Shown piece by piece: positions 17,534-27,103 of a stretch of DNA of 64,000 nucleotides. A program made the position numbers and the translations under genes. The notes under the pieces are model-generated. The model saw nothing but the letters and a program-made list of their open reading frames with translations. It was not told the DNA's origin and searched no databases. The stretch is from Candidatus Microgenomatus sp. (GTDB taxonomy: Bacteria; Patescibacteriota; Minisyncoccia; UBA6257; GWB1-50-10), in contig DYGI01000002.1 of the NCBI GenBank assembly GCA_020724805.1, positions 23,582 through 87,581 of the forward strand. The letters are read 5' to 3'. Position 1 is the first letter of the stretch. Each line of letters begins with the position of its first letter.

Positions 17534-18778
17534 ATGTCCCGCTCCCGACTTATCGGAATTTTCACCCTCCTCGTTATTGTCTCCGCCGCCGCGGGGGTTT
17601 TTTCGTACGAACCGTGGTGGCAAACACTGAGCTCGTTTCGGCCGTGGTCGCTTGGCCTCGACCTCTCGGGAGGCACCGTGCTTACCTACGCCATCGACCT
17701 CTCAAATGTGGGGAGTGCGGACCGCGCGTCGGTGGTGGAAGGGCTCCGCGACGTCATCGAGCGGAGGGTGAACCTTTTTGGGGTACAGGAGCCTCGCGTA
17801 TATCTCGCGCGGGCGGGGGGCGAAGACCGGCTCGTAGTAGAGCTTGCGGGCACACGCGATGTGACCGCGGCCACGGAAGAGATAGGCGCAACCCCCTTTC
17901 TTGAGTTCCGCGAAGTGCAGGAAATCGTTGAAAACGGCACTACGACGGCGGCGTTCGTCGCAACCCCCCTGAATGGGCGTTATGTGAAAGCCGCGCAGGT
18001 AGGGTTTGGTCAGGCGGGAGTGCGCACGCCGGAGATCTATCTCCAATTCAACGATGAGGGCGCCGCGCTTTTCGAGCAACTCACTGAAGCGAATATCGGG
18101 AAGCCGCTTGGTATTTTCATTGACAACGAACTTCTTGAGGCGCCGACGGTGCAGGGGAAAATCCCCGGCGGGCAGGCGGTCATCACCGGAAGCTATACCT
18201 TGGATGAGGCGCGTGCGTTCGTGGAACGTTTCAACGCCGGCGCGCTTCCCGCGCCCATCACGCTCGTGCACCAGGAGACCATAAATCCGGATTTCGGCGC
18301 GGATTCGCTCACCAAGGCAATATTCGCCGGCGCGCTCGGCACGCTTGTGGTGATGATATTCATGCTTGTGTACTACCACCGCCTCGGCATATATGCGGTC
18401 GCGGCACTCCTTATATACGTGGCGCTCACGCTCGCGGTGTTCAAGCTCGTTCCGGTCACCATGACGCTCGCCGGCATCGCGGGGTTCATTCTTTCTATCG
18501 GCATGGCGGTAGACGCGAACATCCTTGTGTTCGAGCGCATGAAAGAAGAGATACGGAAAGGCGCGGCGCGCACCGCGGCCATGGAAGAAGGTTTCAAGCG
18601 GGCGTGGACCTCCATTCGCGACTCCAACATTTCCACCATGATTACCGCGGTGGTGCTTTACACGTTCACCTCAAGCTTTGTACAAGGATTCGCGCTCGCC
18701 CTCTTCATCGGGGTAGTGATGTCGATGTTCTCCGCTATTACCGTAACGCGGACGCTCATGAGGGTTTTCATCAAATAA
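17534..18778 (+). CDS. secD: Protein translocase subunit SecD
   Basis: LGLDLSGG, IERRVNLFGVQEP, GALP, GMAVDANILVFER. Confidence 0.95.
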   Translation: MSRSRLIGIFTLLVIVSAAAGVFSYEPWWQTLSSFRPWSLGLDLSGGTVLTYAIDLSNVGSADRASVVEGLRDVIERRVNLFGVQEPRVYLARAGGEDRLVVELAGTRDVTAATEEIGATPFLEFREVQEIVENGTTTAAFVATPLNGRYVKAAQVGFGQAGVRTPEIYLQFNDEGAALFEQLTEANIGKPLGIFIDNELLEAPTVQGKIPGGQAVITGSYTLDEARAFVERFNAGALPAPITLVHQETINPDFGADSLTKAIFAGALGTLVVMIFMLVYYHRLGIYAVAALLIYVALTLAVFKLVPVTMTLAGIAGFILSIGMAVDANILVFERMKEEIRKGAARTAAMEEGFKRAWTSIRDSNISTMITAVVLYTFTSSFVQGFALALFIGVVMSMFSAITVTRTLMRVFIK

Positions 18779-18779
18779 T

Positions 18780-19673
18780 ATGTTCGAACTCCTTCGCTAT
18801 AAATCATGGTTCCTCGGCTTTTCCGCGATTCTTATGGCGGTGAGCATTGCCGCGGTCGTCGTGTTTGGGCTTACGCCCGGCACAGACCTTCTCGGCGGCA
18901 CGCGGTGGCAGATACGGTTTACCGACGGAAGCGTGGAAACCGCCGCGGTTGTTGAAGCGTTGAAAAGCGCAGGAGCTGAGGCGCACGCCACGGTAAACGA
19001 GGAGGGAATCATCACCATTCGTGTGGGAGCGATCGACGAGCCTCTCCATGCGGCGTACCGCACCGCACTTGCCGAACTCGGCACCCTTGAAGAGCTCAAC
19101 TTTTCGTCGGTCGGACCAACGGTGGGCGCGGAACTTCAGAAGAAAGCGGTGAACGCAATTATCTTCGTGCTCGTCGGCATCTCGCTCTACATTGCCTGGG
19201 CTTTTCGCAAGGTATCGGCGCCGGTGAAATCGTGGAAATACGGCGTGGTAACGCTTATATCGCTTCTTCACGACGTTGTGGTGCCGACCGGACTTCTCGC
19301 GGTGCTTGGCGCGGTGCGCGGAGTTGAGGTGGATACGAATTTCATTGTGGCGCTCCTCGTAGTGATGGGGTTCTCGGTCCATGACACCATCGTGGTATTC
19401 GACCGCATTCGCGAAAATCTTCTCCATGCCCAAGGGAAAGCGGATTTCGGGGGGATAGTGAATCAGAGTGTTCGCGAAACCTTTGCGCGCTCGGTGAATA
19501 CTTCCCTCACTCTCGTGTTGGTGCTCGTCGCGCTCATGGCAGTGGGTCCCGCGTCTCTCTTTTACTTCACGCTCGTCATTCTCGTCGGTACCGTGGTGGG
19601 AACCTATTCTTCCATTTTCGTGGCGAGCCCGCTTCTCTATCTTTCCGGGAGGGGGAAAGGGAAGAGGGATTGA
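18780..19673 (+). CDS. secF: Protein translocase subunit SecF
   Basis: VGPTVG.EL, LLHDV, GFSVHDTIVVFDRIREN, GTYSSIFVASP. Confidence 0.95.
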   Translation: MFELLRYKSWFLGFSAILMAVSIAAVVVFGLTPGTDLLGGTRWQIRFTDGSVETAAVVEALKSAGAEAHATVNEEGIITIRVGAIDEPLHAAYRTALAELGTLEELNFSSVGPTVGAELQKKAVNAIIFVLVGISLYIAWAFRKVSAPVKSWKYGVVTLISLLHDVVVPTGLLAVLGAVRGVEVDTNFIVALLVVMGFSVHDTIVVFDRIRENLLHAQGKADFGGIVNQSVRETFARSVNTSLTLVLVLVALMAVGPASLFYFTLVILVGTVVGTYSSIFVASPLLYLSGRGKGKRD

Positions 19674-19704
19674 CCCAAAGTAGCGATTATGGTATCGTAG
19701 AACC

Positions 19705-20724
19705 ATGAAATCGATAGACCGACTTTTGGAAGATTGTTTCGCGATGCTTTCCCCCAAGCAGCGCCGTGTTGTGGTTGGGCGGTTTGGCTTGAAAGGAGGC
19801 GCGAAATCAACCCTCCAGGAGATCGGTGATGAGCTTGGGGTGACCCGTGAAAGGGTGCGCCAGATCGAAGCGCAGACGATGAAAAAGCTCTCGCCGATGA
19901 TCCGCGCCGAGGCGGAGTCGCTTATAACGGTGGCGACGCGTCATTTGGGGAGCGTGGGAGGAGTGCGCCGTGACGACAATTTCATGGATGATCTTCGCGA
20001 AACGGTTCTTAAGTCGGACCGGGACGTGAAAAATTTCGCCGAGAAAGTACGCTTTGTGCTTCTCGCGGCGGGAGAGCCGCGCTATGCGCCTGCCACCGAC
20101 GAAATGCATGCCTATTGGGCAACGAACGCGGCGGCGGAAAAAAAGTTCGCGGATTTTGTGAAAAAGGTAACCGATTTCTTCAAGAAAGCGGGCACCAAAA
20201 AGATCGTTGACGAAAAAGCCCACCTCGCGCTCTGCAAAGACATGGTGACGTGCCACTGGCTTTCAATCCCGAAACACATCGGCACGAACGTGTTCGGCGA
20301 CGTGGGGCTCCGCGAATGGGCGGAGATCGAACCGAAAACGGTGCGTGACAAAGCGTACCTCGTGCTCAAAAAGCACGAGAAGCCACTTCACTTTGAGGAC
20401 ATTGCGAAGCACATCGCGAAATACAAGCTTGCCGCGAAGCCCGCGCACGTGCAGACGGTGCACAACGAGCTCATCAAAGACGAACGATTCGTACTCGTGG
20501 GCCGCGGCATCTATGCCTTGGAGGAACATGGATACGAGCGGGGGACGGTGCGCGAGGTCATCGCGAAACTTTTGAAGCGGAACGGACCGATGGACGCAAA
20601 AAGGGTGCTTGCACTCGTGAACGAGCAGCGTTTTCTGAAGCAGAACACGGTGCTTCTTGCGCTCCAAAACCGCAAGTATTTCAACCGCTTGGACGATGGG
20701 CGGTACCGCGTAAAAGAAGCGTAA
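19705..20724 (+). CDS. Sigma70 region-4 HTH fused to HARE-HTH / RNAP-delta-like winged-helix domains
   Basis: N-terminal RFGL....TLQEIGDELGVTRERVRQIE; C-terminal AYLVLKK..KPLHF..I...TVHNELIKDERFVLVGRGIYAL; no sigma region 2; promoter TTGACC-N17-TATCGT. Confidence 0.75.
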   Translation: MKSIDRLLEDCFAMLSPKQRRVVVGRFGLKGGAKSTLQEIGDELGVTRERVRQIEAQTMKKLSPMIRAEAESLITVATRHLGSVGGVRRDDNFMDDLRETVLKSDRDVKNFAEKVRFVLLAAGEPRYAPATDEMHAYWATNAAAEKKFADFVKKVTDFFKKAGTKKIVDEKAHLALCKDMVTCHWLSIPKHIGTNVFGDVGLREWAEIEPKTVRDKAYLVLKKHEKPLHFEDIAKHIAKYKLAAKPAHVQTVHNELIKDERFVLVGRGIYALEEHGYERGTVREVIAKLLKRNGPMDAKRVLALVNEQRFLKQNTVLLALQNRKYFNRLDDGRYRVKEA

Positions 20725-20726
20725 GG

Positions 20727-20756
20727 AAAAGCTCCGACCGCATCGGGGCTTTTTTG
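20727..20756 (+). terminator. Intrinsic terminator
   Basis: AAAAGCTCCGA-CCGCA-TCGGGGCTTTTTT. Confidence 0.75.
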
Positions 20757-20800
20757 TTGGGCGCGGCGGTCCGATTGGGGTACAATAGAGGTACTTTACG

Positions 20801-22192
20801 ATGTTGAAGGAGGTGTTGAACCACATCACGGAATTTTTCTCCGAATTCTTCAAAAAAGAAGAGGTGTGGATGCTGCTTCTCTTTGTGGGGCTCGGAGTAT
20901 GGGTTATCTATGCGTTTTTCGAGACGATATGGGAGATACTCAGGAATTTCTTCCTCTACGCCTGGCCCCTTCTCCTCTTCTTCGTGTTGCTCGGAATATT
21001 CGAGTCGCTGTGGCTTTTTGTGCGCCAGGAGCGCTTCAAGGAGAAGGATGAATTCGTGCTCCTTGAGCTCAAAATCCCGCGTGAGGTGAAAAAAAGCCCG
21101 CAAGGTATGGAAGAAGTGCTCGCCGCGATGCATTCACTTCGGAATTCTCCCGGAACGTTCAAGGAAAAATATATTGATGGCGAGGTGCCGCGGTGGTTTT
21201 CGCTGGAGCTTGTGAGCATTGGAGGCGTGGTGCGGTTTTTTGTGCGCGTGAATACAAAACAGCGCCGCGTGGTGGAAGCGGCGTTCTATTCCTATTACCC
21301 GGACATTGTGGTCGAGGAGGTGGAGGACTACATCGGCATGTTTCCCAAAAGCGGCGACGAGATGAAGGAGCGGCGGATGAAAATGTGGGGGACCGAACTC
21401 GTGCTCGCGAAGGATGCGGCATACCCGATAAAAACGTACGACAAGTTCGAGAACATCGCGGAGGAAAAGCAATTCGACCCCATTTCCACGTTTCTTGAGA
21501 TTTTAGGAAGAGTACCGAGCGGCGAAGTGGTAGGAATCCAAATACTCATCGCGCCGGCGCCGGGAGATTGGCAAGAGGAGTTCGAAGAACTTTTGAACGA
21601 GCTCAAAACGCCAAAAACCATTTCCGTGGAAGAGGACGAAGGAAGCAAGGAGCTTACGGTGGCGCGCTCTCCTGGACACACCGACGTGTTGAAAGCGGTG
21701 GAAGAAAATTTCTCAAAACCCGCGTTCCAAACGCTCATACGGCTCATGTATATCGCGCCCGAAGATTCGTTTGCGAAAGGGCCTCCGGCACATGGCGCGC
21801 TCGGCGCATTCAGCCAATTCACCGCGCTCGACCTGAACAGTTTTAGGCCCAACAAACTTATGACGACGAAGGCCGACGTATGGTCGAAGCCGTATGTGGC
21901 GCCGAAGGTCCGCCTTTCATATCGGGAACAACGCCTTCTTTGGAATTACCGCAGGCGTGAAGTGCCCCCCGAAACATGGATGGGGAAGTTTATGACGTCA
22001 TTTCTCTATCACTGGAATTTCGGTTCGACGCGATTTCTTATGACCACCAAAGGGATTGCGACTCTGTTCCACCCGCCGACCGCGGTGGTTTTGACAGTCC
22101 CACACGTGAAGCGCACCGAGAGCCGCCGCGCCAGCCCTCCCGCAGGTCTCGCCATTTTCGGCGAGGAGGAGGAACTAGGACGTTTCAACTAG
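20801..22192 (+). CDS. Membrane-anchored conserved protein of the type found beside or fused to T4CP-like ATPases in CPR
   Basis: 2 N-terminal TMs; LLELKIPR...PQGME, FSLEL, YPIKTY, IQILIAP, IATLFHPP. Confidence 0.6.
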   Translation: MLKEVLNHITEFFSEFFKKEEVWMLLLFVGLGVWVIYAFFETIWEILRNFFLYAWPLLLFFVLLGIFESLWLFVRQERFKEKDEFVLLELKIPREVKKSPQGMEEVLAAMHSLRNSPGTFKEKYIDGEVPRWFSLELVSIGGVVRFFVRVNTKQRRVVEAAFYSYYPDIVVEEVEDYIGMFPKSGDEMKERRMKMWGTELVLAKDAAYPIKTYDKFENIAEEKQFDPISTFLEILGRVPSGEVVGIQILIAPAPGDWQEEFEELLNELKTPKTISVEEDEGSKELTVARSPGHTDVLKAVEENFSKPAFQTLIRLMYIAPEDSFAKGPPAHGALGAFSQFTALDLNSFRPNKLMTTKADVWSKPYVAPKVRLSYREQRLLWNYRRREVPPETWMGKFMTSFLYHWNFGSTRFLMTTKGIATLFHPPTAVVLTVPHVKRTESRRASPPAGLAIFGEEEELGRFN

Positions 22193-22199
22193 CATTTTC

Positions 22200-22736
22200 A
22201 TGCCAAACATTCTCGCGCCGATCGAAAATCTGGTAACTTCCGTCATTGAATTCCCTTGGATGGACATGCTCATTGCGGTTCGGATATTCTTCATATTCTT
22301 CGATGTGGTGCTACTCCTCGTGCTTTTTTGGCTGTTCACGGAGGCGTATGAGCTGCGTCCCCATTTTTTACGACGTGCTTCCGAAGCGGCGCGCGTGCCC
22401 GTGCTCGACCAAGAAAAGTTTTCCGCGCGATGGGCGCGGATTGTGGAAAAAGCATTCCAATCGCCGCCTCAATCGCTGGTGCTTGGCGTCATCGAAGCCG
22501 ATAAATGCGTGGATGACGCGCTCAAAGGGTTGGGACTGGAAGGAGAGCATATGGCGGATCGACTCGAGCAGATTCGTGCGGAAGATTATCCTTCTCTCGA
22601 TCGACTTTGGCGCGCGCATCGGGTGCGGAACGAATTGGTGCATACCCCCGATTTCGGCATCGACGCCGAGGACGCCAAAGATATCCTTGCCATCTACGAA
22701 AAGTTTCTCAAGGAGCTCGGCGCCCTTCCTTCATAG
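22200..22736 (+). CDS. Single-TM protein with a HEPN-like domain (RNELVH)
   Basis: N-terminal TM; IEADKCVD..L; AHRVRNELVH matches the HEPN R-x4-H motif. Confidence 0.6.
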   Translation: MPNILAPIENLVTSVIEFPWMDMLIAVRIFFIFFDVVLLLVLFWLFTEAYELRPHFLRRASEAARVPVLDQEKFSARWARIVEKAFQSPPQSLVLGVIEADKCVDDALKGLGLEGEHMADRLEQIRAEDYPSLDRLWRAHRVRNELVHTPDFGIDAEDAKDILAIYEKFLKELGALPS

Positions 22737-22742
22737 CCGATT

Positions 22743-24074
22743 ATGATACGCGCGGGGAGGATACAAATCATAAAATATGCCCCGCCGCCACCTGAGCTCC
22801 CCATGCTCGGGAAGGCGCGGCCCGAGGATTGTTCATTTATCGGCCGCACCAACTATGTTACGGGTATCGAGGAAAAGAAGTTCGTGTTCGGATTGAAGCG
22901 CCACGACCGGCGCCACCACGTGTATCTCATAGGGAAAAGCGGCATTGGGAAGACAAAAATGCTCGAGCTTCTCGTGCGACAGGATATTGCACACGGGTAT
23001 GGGGTAGCGGTGGTGGACGCCCAGGGCGATCTTGTGGATTCACTCATCGATTTTATCCCCGAAGAAAGGGTTGCGGACGTATGCGTGTTCGACCCGTCCG
23101 ATACCGAGCACCCGCTCGCGTGGAATCCACTCTCGGGAGTTCCGGCGGAGTTCAAGCATTCACTCACCCAGAGTTTTATTGAGGTGATGGAAAAGGAATT
23201 CGGCACCCACTGGAATCCTCGCATCGAGCACCTCTTTCGTTTTGTGTGCCTCGCGCTTCTCGACTATCCTCACGCCACCATGCGCGGGATGATATTGCTT
23301 CTCACTGATGCCGCATATCGCGAAGAAGTGAAGAAGCATGTCAAAGACGATATCGTGCGGAAATTCTTTACCAACGAATTCGAGGGATGGGTGCGGCAAT
23401 ACGAGAGCGATGCCATCGTTCCTTTAGTGAACAAACTGGCGCAATTCGTGCTCCACCCGCTCCTTCGGACCGTGTTCGAGCGCGAGGAGCATAAAGTGGA
23501 TGTGGGCGCGATAATGGAACGCGGGGGCATTTTTCTCGCCAATCTTGCGCGGGGGAAGCTGGGAGACCAGAACGCGAATTTTCTCGGCGCGCTTCTTATC
23601 GCGAAAATGAAGCAGGCAGGTATGGCGCGCGCAAACCTTTCCGAATCGGCGAAAAAAGATTTCTATCTCTACCTCGATGAATTCCACGGGTGTGCGACCG
23701 AGACTTTTGAAAACCTCCTTTCCGAGGCGCGCAAGTTCGGGATGTGTCTTACGCTTTGCCACCAGTATTTGGAGCAGCTCGCCCCTCGACTGCAGGCCGC
23801 CATTCTCGGCAATGTGGGGACCATCATTGTATTTCGGGCGAGTGGAGAAGATGCGGCACGCCTTGAGGTGGAAATGAACCCCGTGTTCAAAGCGAAAGAT
23901 ATGATAAATCTCGGCACGCAGGAGTTTTACATCAAAATGACGATCGACGGAGAAACCAATGACCCGTTTTCCGCGGAAACGCTCAAGGTGCTTCCCTCAC
24001 CGCGGGGTTCGTTTCGTTCCCACGTAATCGCGGCGTCGCGCGCTCGATACGCCGCTAAGGTTTCGTCGTCCTAA
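22743..24074 (+). CDS. Type IV coupling protein-like (VirD4/TrwB/HerA-FtsK superfamily) ATPase
   Basis: HVYLIGKSGIGKT (Walker A), LYLDEFH (Walker B), LSEARKF, HQY..QL, ILGNVGT. Confidence 0.85.
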   Translation: MIRAGRIQIIKYAPPPPELPMLGKARPEDCSFIGRTNYVTGIEEKKFVFGLKRHDRRHHVYLIGKSGIGKTKMLELLVRQDIAHGYGVAVVDAQGDLVDSLIDFIPEERVADVCVFDPSDTEHPLAWNPLSGVPAEFKHSLTQSFIEVMEKEFGTHWNPRIEHLFRFVCLALLDYPHATMRGMILLLTDAAYREEVKKHVKDDIVRKFFTNEFEGWVRQYESDAIVPLVNKLAQFVLHPLLRTVFEREEHKVDVGAIMERGGIFLANLARGKLGDQNANFLGALLIAKMKQAGMARANLSESAKKDFYLYLDEFHGCATETFENLLSEARKFGMCLTLCHQYLEQLAPRLQAAILGNVGTIIVFRASGEDAARLEVEMNPVFKAKDMINLGTQEFYIKMTIDGETNDPFSAETLKVLPSPRGSFRSHVIAASRARYAAKVSSS

Positions 24075-24092
24075 TCGGGTATAATGTGACCG

Positions 24093-25553
24093 ATGACAGA
24101 GTCGAAGAACAGAAAAAGAATCTCCGATATCGTACCCCGTCGAAAGACCGCCGGTCGTCCGGAGATGAGGGATCGCAAGGAAGAAGTGGTAACCACGTCG
24201 AAGCCTACGAAACGTGTGGCGAAAAAAACGCCGCCACCCCCAAAAGCAGAGCCCGTGAAGGCTATAGAAAAGGCGGAAGAACCGGATTTTTTTTCGGTCA
24301 CGGTGAGCGAAACCCGCATTGATGCGGGCGCCCCCCCTATTTTTACAGGAGCTTCGGAAGAAAGTGCTGCTTATTATGAAGAGGAGGCACCCAAGGTGGT
24401 GCGCCATCGGAAGTTTCGCCGGATGCCCCGCGTGGCCCTCGTGATTCTTGCGGTGCTTGTGGCGGGGGGCGTAGGAGCATGGTTCCTGCTTCCCAAAGCG
24501 GTGGTGGCGCTCACGATGAAAAAATATCCGACGGAGTTTTCGAAGACCATCGTGGTCGCCGCAGACCGCACTTCAATTAATGTACCCGGCGCACTCGTAA
24601 TTCCCGGTGAGGCTCTGGAAGCGCGTGCAAACCTCACGCTCCCATTCACCGCGGAAGCAACCGAGACGGTTTCCGCGAAAGCCACGGGAATTCTTACGGT
24701 GTACAACTCGTATAGCTCGGCGCCACAAGCGCTTGTGCGGAATACCCGTTTTGAATCTCCCGACAAAAAAATATTCCGATTGGAGAGACAGGTGACCGTG
24801 CCCGGCGCAAAAGTGGAGGGAGGCAAGGTGACGCCATCGTCCATCGAAGTGACGGTAGTGGCGGAAGAAGCGGGAGAATCTTACAATCTTCCCCCGTCAT
24901 CGGGATGGCGTATTCCCGGATTCGCCGGAGGTCCGCGGTATGAAGGATTTTATGCGGAAGCGAAGCAGGGGATGAAGGGAGGATTCACCGGAGAACGCGC
25001 CAAACCTTCTGTGGCCGAACTCGCCAATGCGCGGGCAGAACTTATCGATGCGCTCACCGACGCCCTGGAAAGCCAGTTTCTCATCATTCTTTCTGATAGA
25101 TTCACCGCACTCCCGGGAAGCAGACGCATTACACTTGTGGCAGAAAAAGTGGAAGCGGACGCTGAAAACACCCACACTTTTCATCTGTTCGGTGAAGCGG
25201 TGATGAAACAGATAGTATTTGAAGAACCGACGCTCAAAGACGCACTCATCAACGAAGCGAGCCGCGCACTTCCAAAAGAGCTTGCGGCGAAGGAATTTTC
25301 CTACGCCCTCGGCACTTCCACAGTGGATTTCGCGAAAAATACGCTTACAATCCCCGCGCAAGGGAAAGGAGTGTTCACTGAACCTTTTGATGTGGATGCA
25401 TTCCGCGCGGCAATGGCGGGGAAGGAAGAAGCCGAACTCAAAGCGGCGGTGTTCGCCATTCCCGGCGTGGAAGTCGCGACCGTGTCGCTCTCGCCGTTCT
25501 TCGTGCGCTCGGTACCAGAAAATATAGAAAAGATAGAAGTGACGGTGGAATAG
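24093..25553 (+). CDS. Single-pass membrane protein with a baseplate-J-like external region (CPR-conserved type)
   Basis: Charged N-terminus, TM, KATG.LTVYN...Q.LV..TRF, V.A...GE.YN, GGF. Confidence 0.55.
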   Translation: MTESKNRKRISDIVPRRKTAGRPEMRDRKEEVVTTSKPTKRVAKKTPPPPKAEPVKAIEKAEEPDFFSVTVSETRIDAGAPPIFTGASEESAAYYEEEAPKVVRHRKFRRMPRVALVILAVLVAGGVGAWFLLPKAVVALTMKKYPTEFSKTIVVAADRTSINVPGALVIPGEALEARANLTLPFTAEATETVSAKATGILTVYNSYSSAPQALVRNTRFESPDKKIFRLERQVTVPGAKVEGGKVTPSSIEVTVVAEEAGESYNLPPSSGWRIPGFAGGPRYEGFYAEAKQGMKGGFTGERAKPSVAELANARAELIDALTDALESQFLIILSDRFTALPGSRRITLVAEKVEADAENTHTFHLFGEAVMKQIVFEEPTLKDALINEASRALPKELAAKEFSYALGTSTVDFAKNTLTIPAQGKGVFTEPFDVDAFRAAMAGKEEAELKAAVFAIPGVEVATVSLSPFFVRSVPENIEKIEVTVE

Positions 25554-25554
25554 C

Positions 25555-25722
25555 GAAGATTTTCCACCTCGCTCAAAATTCTCCGTGGGCTGAAATTCTC
25601 CTCGCTCACTCGCTCCTCGCCACCCTTGCTCGCCCTTACCGGCGGGGGTCCTGTCTCGGCACGCGGTTCGCTCGGGAATTTCCACGCGCCCTACGAACAC
25701 ATTCGCTCGTTGGAGAATCTTC
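25555..25722 (-). mobile_element. 168 bp MITE/REP-like long fold-back element with symmetric GAGCGA motifs
   Basis: Terminal IR GAAGATTTTCCA / TGGAGAATCTTC; five TCGCTC hexamers (25569, 25602, 25610, 25668, 25703), four of them in mirror-image pairs; inner arms GAAATTCTC / GGGAATTTC. Confidence 0.55.
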
Positions 25723-25739
25723 TTCCTTTTTTGTAGATA

Positions 25740-25777
25740 AAAAAAATTGGCCAGACACCCGAAATGGATGCCTGGCC
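25740..25777 (-). terminator. Intrinsic terminator
   Basis: GGCCAGGCATCC...GGGTGTCTGGCC then AATTTTTTTT on the minus strand. Confidence 0.7.
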
Positions 25778-25814
25778 GTGTACCGATGAATCTTTCTCTC
25801 AGCGGTCCTGGAGG

Positions 25815-26192
25815 CTAGCAGCGACGTGATATGAGCTGCGTACTGCCCCTGGACCGGACGCCCGTGATCTCGATGGCCGAATTCGCGTTGACCGTGGTAA
25901 TAGCGGCATTGTCGATGAGAGCCAAGTGCTCGTTCCGAACGAGGAGCGATGCGCTCACGATGGTCGCGGCAATCGGACCGGCACGTGCCACGGGTTGTCC
26001 GATGGCGGTCTCTTTCGTCAGGTCGACGGTCGCTTGATCCGAGTATTCCATAGGGGAGGCGCGATCCATCGCGGGCATGTTCTTGCCGACGACGAGGGCC
26101 GAGGCTTCGACGGGGACCATGGCGAGCAAACCGGTCATGAGCACGATGGCCATGATCGGAGCGCGGATGAGCCGGGCGAGAAAGGTCTTCAT
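25815..26192 (-). CDS. Hypothetical secreted protein
   Basis: SD AAGGAGG before ATG 26192; signal peptide ending VEASA; own terminator. Confidence 0.55.
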   Translation of the reverse strand: MKTFLARLIRAPIMAIVLMTGLLAMVPVEASALVVGKNMPAMDRASPMEYSDQATVDLTKETAIGQPVARAGPIAATIVSASLLVRNEHLALIDNAAITTVNANSAIEITGVRSRGSTQLISRRC

Positions 26193-26360
26193 ACGACCTC
26201 CTTTTGAAAAGAGATGAGAGAAAGGGTGAAAGAACATTGTCCCACACACCGGAACAATAGAAGGAGCGTACCACACCTTTTTCTGAAGGGCAAATAGGAG
26301 TCCGGTTGTTGACACTCTCTGCCATTTTCCTTATATTGGAACGGCACCTACACGAGCTGA

Positions 26361-26582
26361 ATGGCCGACGAAACACGTACGATACGGATGGAAGGGGTCG
26401 TCGAGGAGACGCTCCCGGGGCTTACGTTCCGGGTAGTGCTCAAAGAGAAGGGGACGAATGTCCTCGCTCACCTCGGCGGCAAAATGAAGATAAACCGTAT
26501 CCGCGTGATTCCCGGTGATACGGTGGTGGTGGAGATGAGCCCTATCGATCTCACGCGGGGGCGCATCGTGCGAAGACTTTAA
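26361..26582 (+). CDS. infA: Translation initiation factor IF-1
   Basis: [41 protein letters not shown]. Confidence 0.97.
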   Translation: MADETRTIRMEGVVEETLPGLTFRVVLKEKGTNVLAHLGGKMKINRIRVIPGDTVVVEMSPIDLTRGRIVRRL

Positions 26583-26599
26583 GATGGCTTTTTTTATTT

Positions 26600-26713
26600 A
26601 TGAAAGTTCACGCCTCAGTGAAAAAAATCTGTCAAAAATGCAAAATCGTCCGCCGCAAAGGACGGGTGTATGTCATTTGCATCACGAAGAAACATAAACA
26701 GCGCCAAGGATAA
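26600..26713 (+). CDS. rpmJ: 50S ribosomal protein L36 (not in the ORF track)
   Basis: Own translation [37 protein letters not shown]. Confidence 0.97.
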   Translation: MKVHASVKKICQKCKIVRRKGRVYVICITKKHKQRQG

Positions 26714-26718
26714 ATCAT

Positions 26719-27102
26719 ATGCGTGTTGCGGGAGTAAACATTCCAGATGAAAAGAAAGTAACCATCGCCCTCACCTATCTCTACGGGATAGGTCGTGCGC
26801 GCGCCGTGGAAATAGTGACGACCGCGAAAGTTTCACCCGAAAAGCGCGCGAAGGAACTTTCACTGGAAGAGGTGAATCGCATCCAGTCCGCAATCGAGAA
26901 AACCACGAAGATCGAGGGAGAATTGCGTCAGGTGGTGAAGCAAAACATCGCGCGTCTCAAGGACATCAAGGCCTATCGTGGCGTTCGTCACCTTCGGAAA
27001 CTTCCCGTGCGTGGTCAGCGCACCAAGACGAACTCGCGTACCGTGCGAGGCAACGTGAGAAAGACCGCAGGAAGCGGCAAGCGTAAGGTGGAACTCAAAT
27101 AA
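26719..27102 (+). CDS. rpsM: 30S ribosomal protein S13
   Basis: RVAGVNIP, YRGVRH...LPVRGQRTKTNSRT. Confidence 0.97.
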   Translation: MRVAGVNIPDEKKVTIALTYLYGIGRARAVEIVTTAKVSPEKRAKELSLEEVNRIQSAIEKTTKIEGELRQVVKQNIARLKDIKAYRGVRHLRKLPVRGQRTKTNSRTVRGNVRKTAGSGKRKVELK

Positions 27103-27103
27103 T

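Noticed and set aside
22743-24074. Conjugative element / ICE
   Set aside because: No relaxase, VirB4, integrase or att repeats, and the gene is embedded among housekeeping genes.
24093-25553. Baseplate-J-like gene as evidence of a prophage or contractile system
   Set aside because: It is membrane-anchored and isolated, with no sheath, tube, capsid, terminase or integrase genes nearby.
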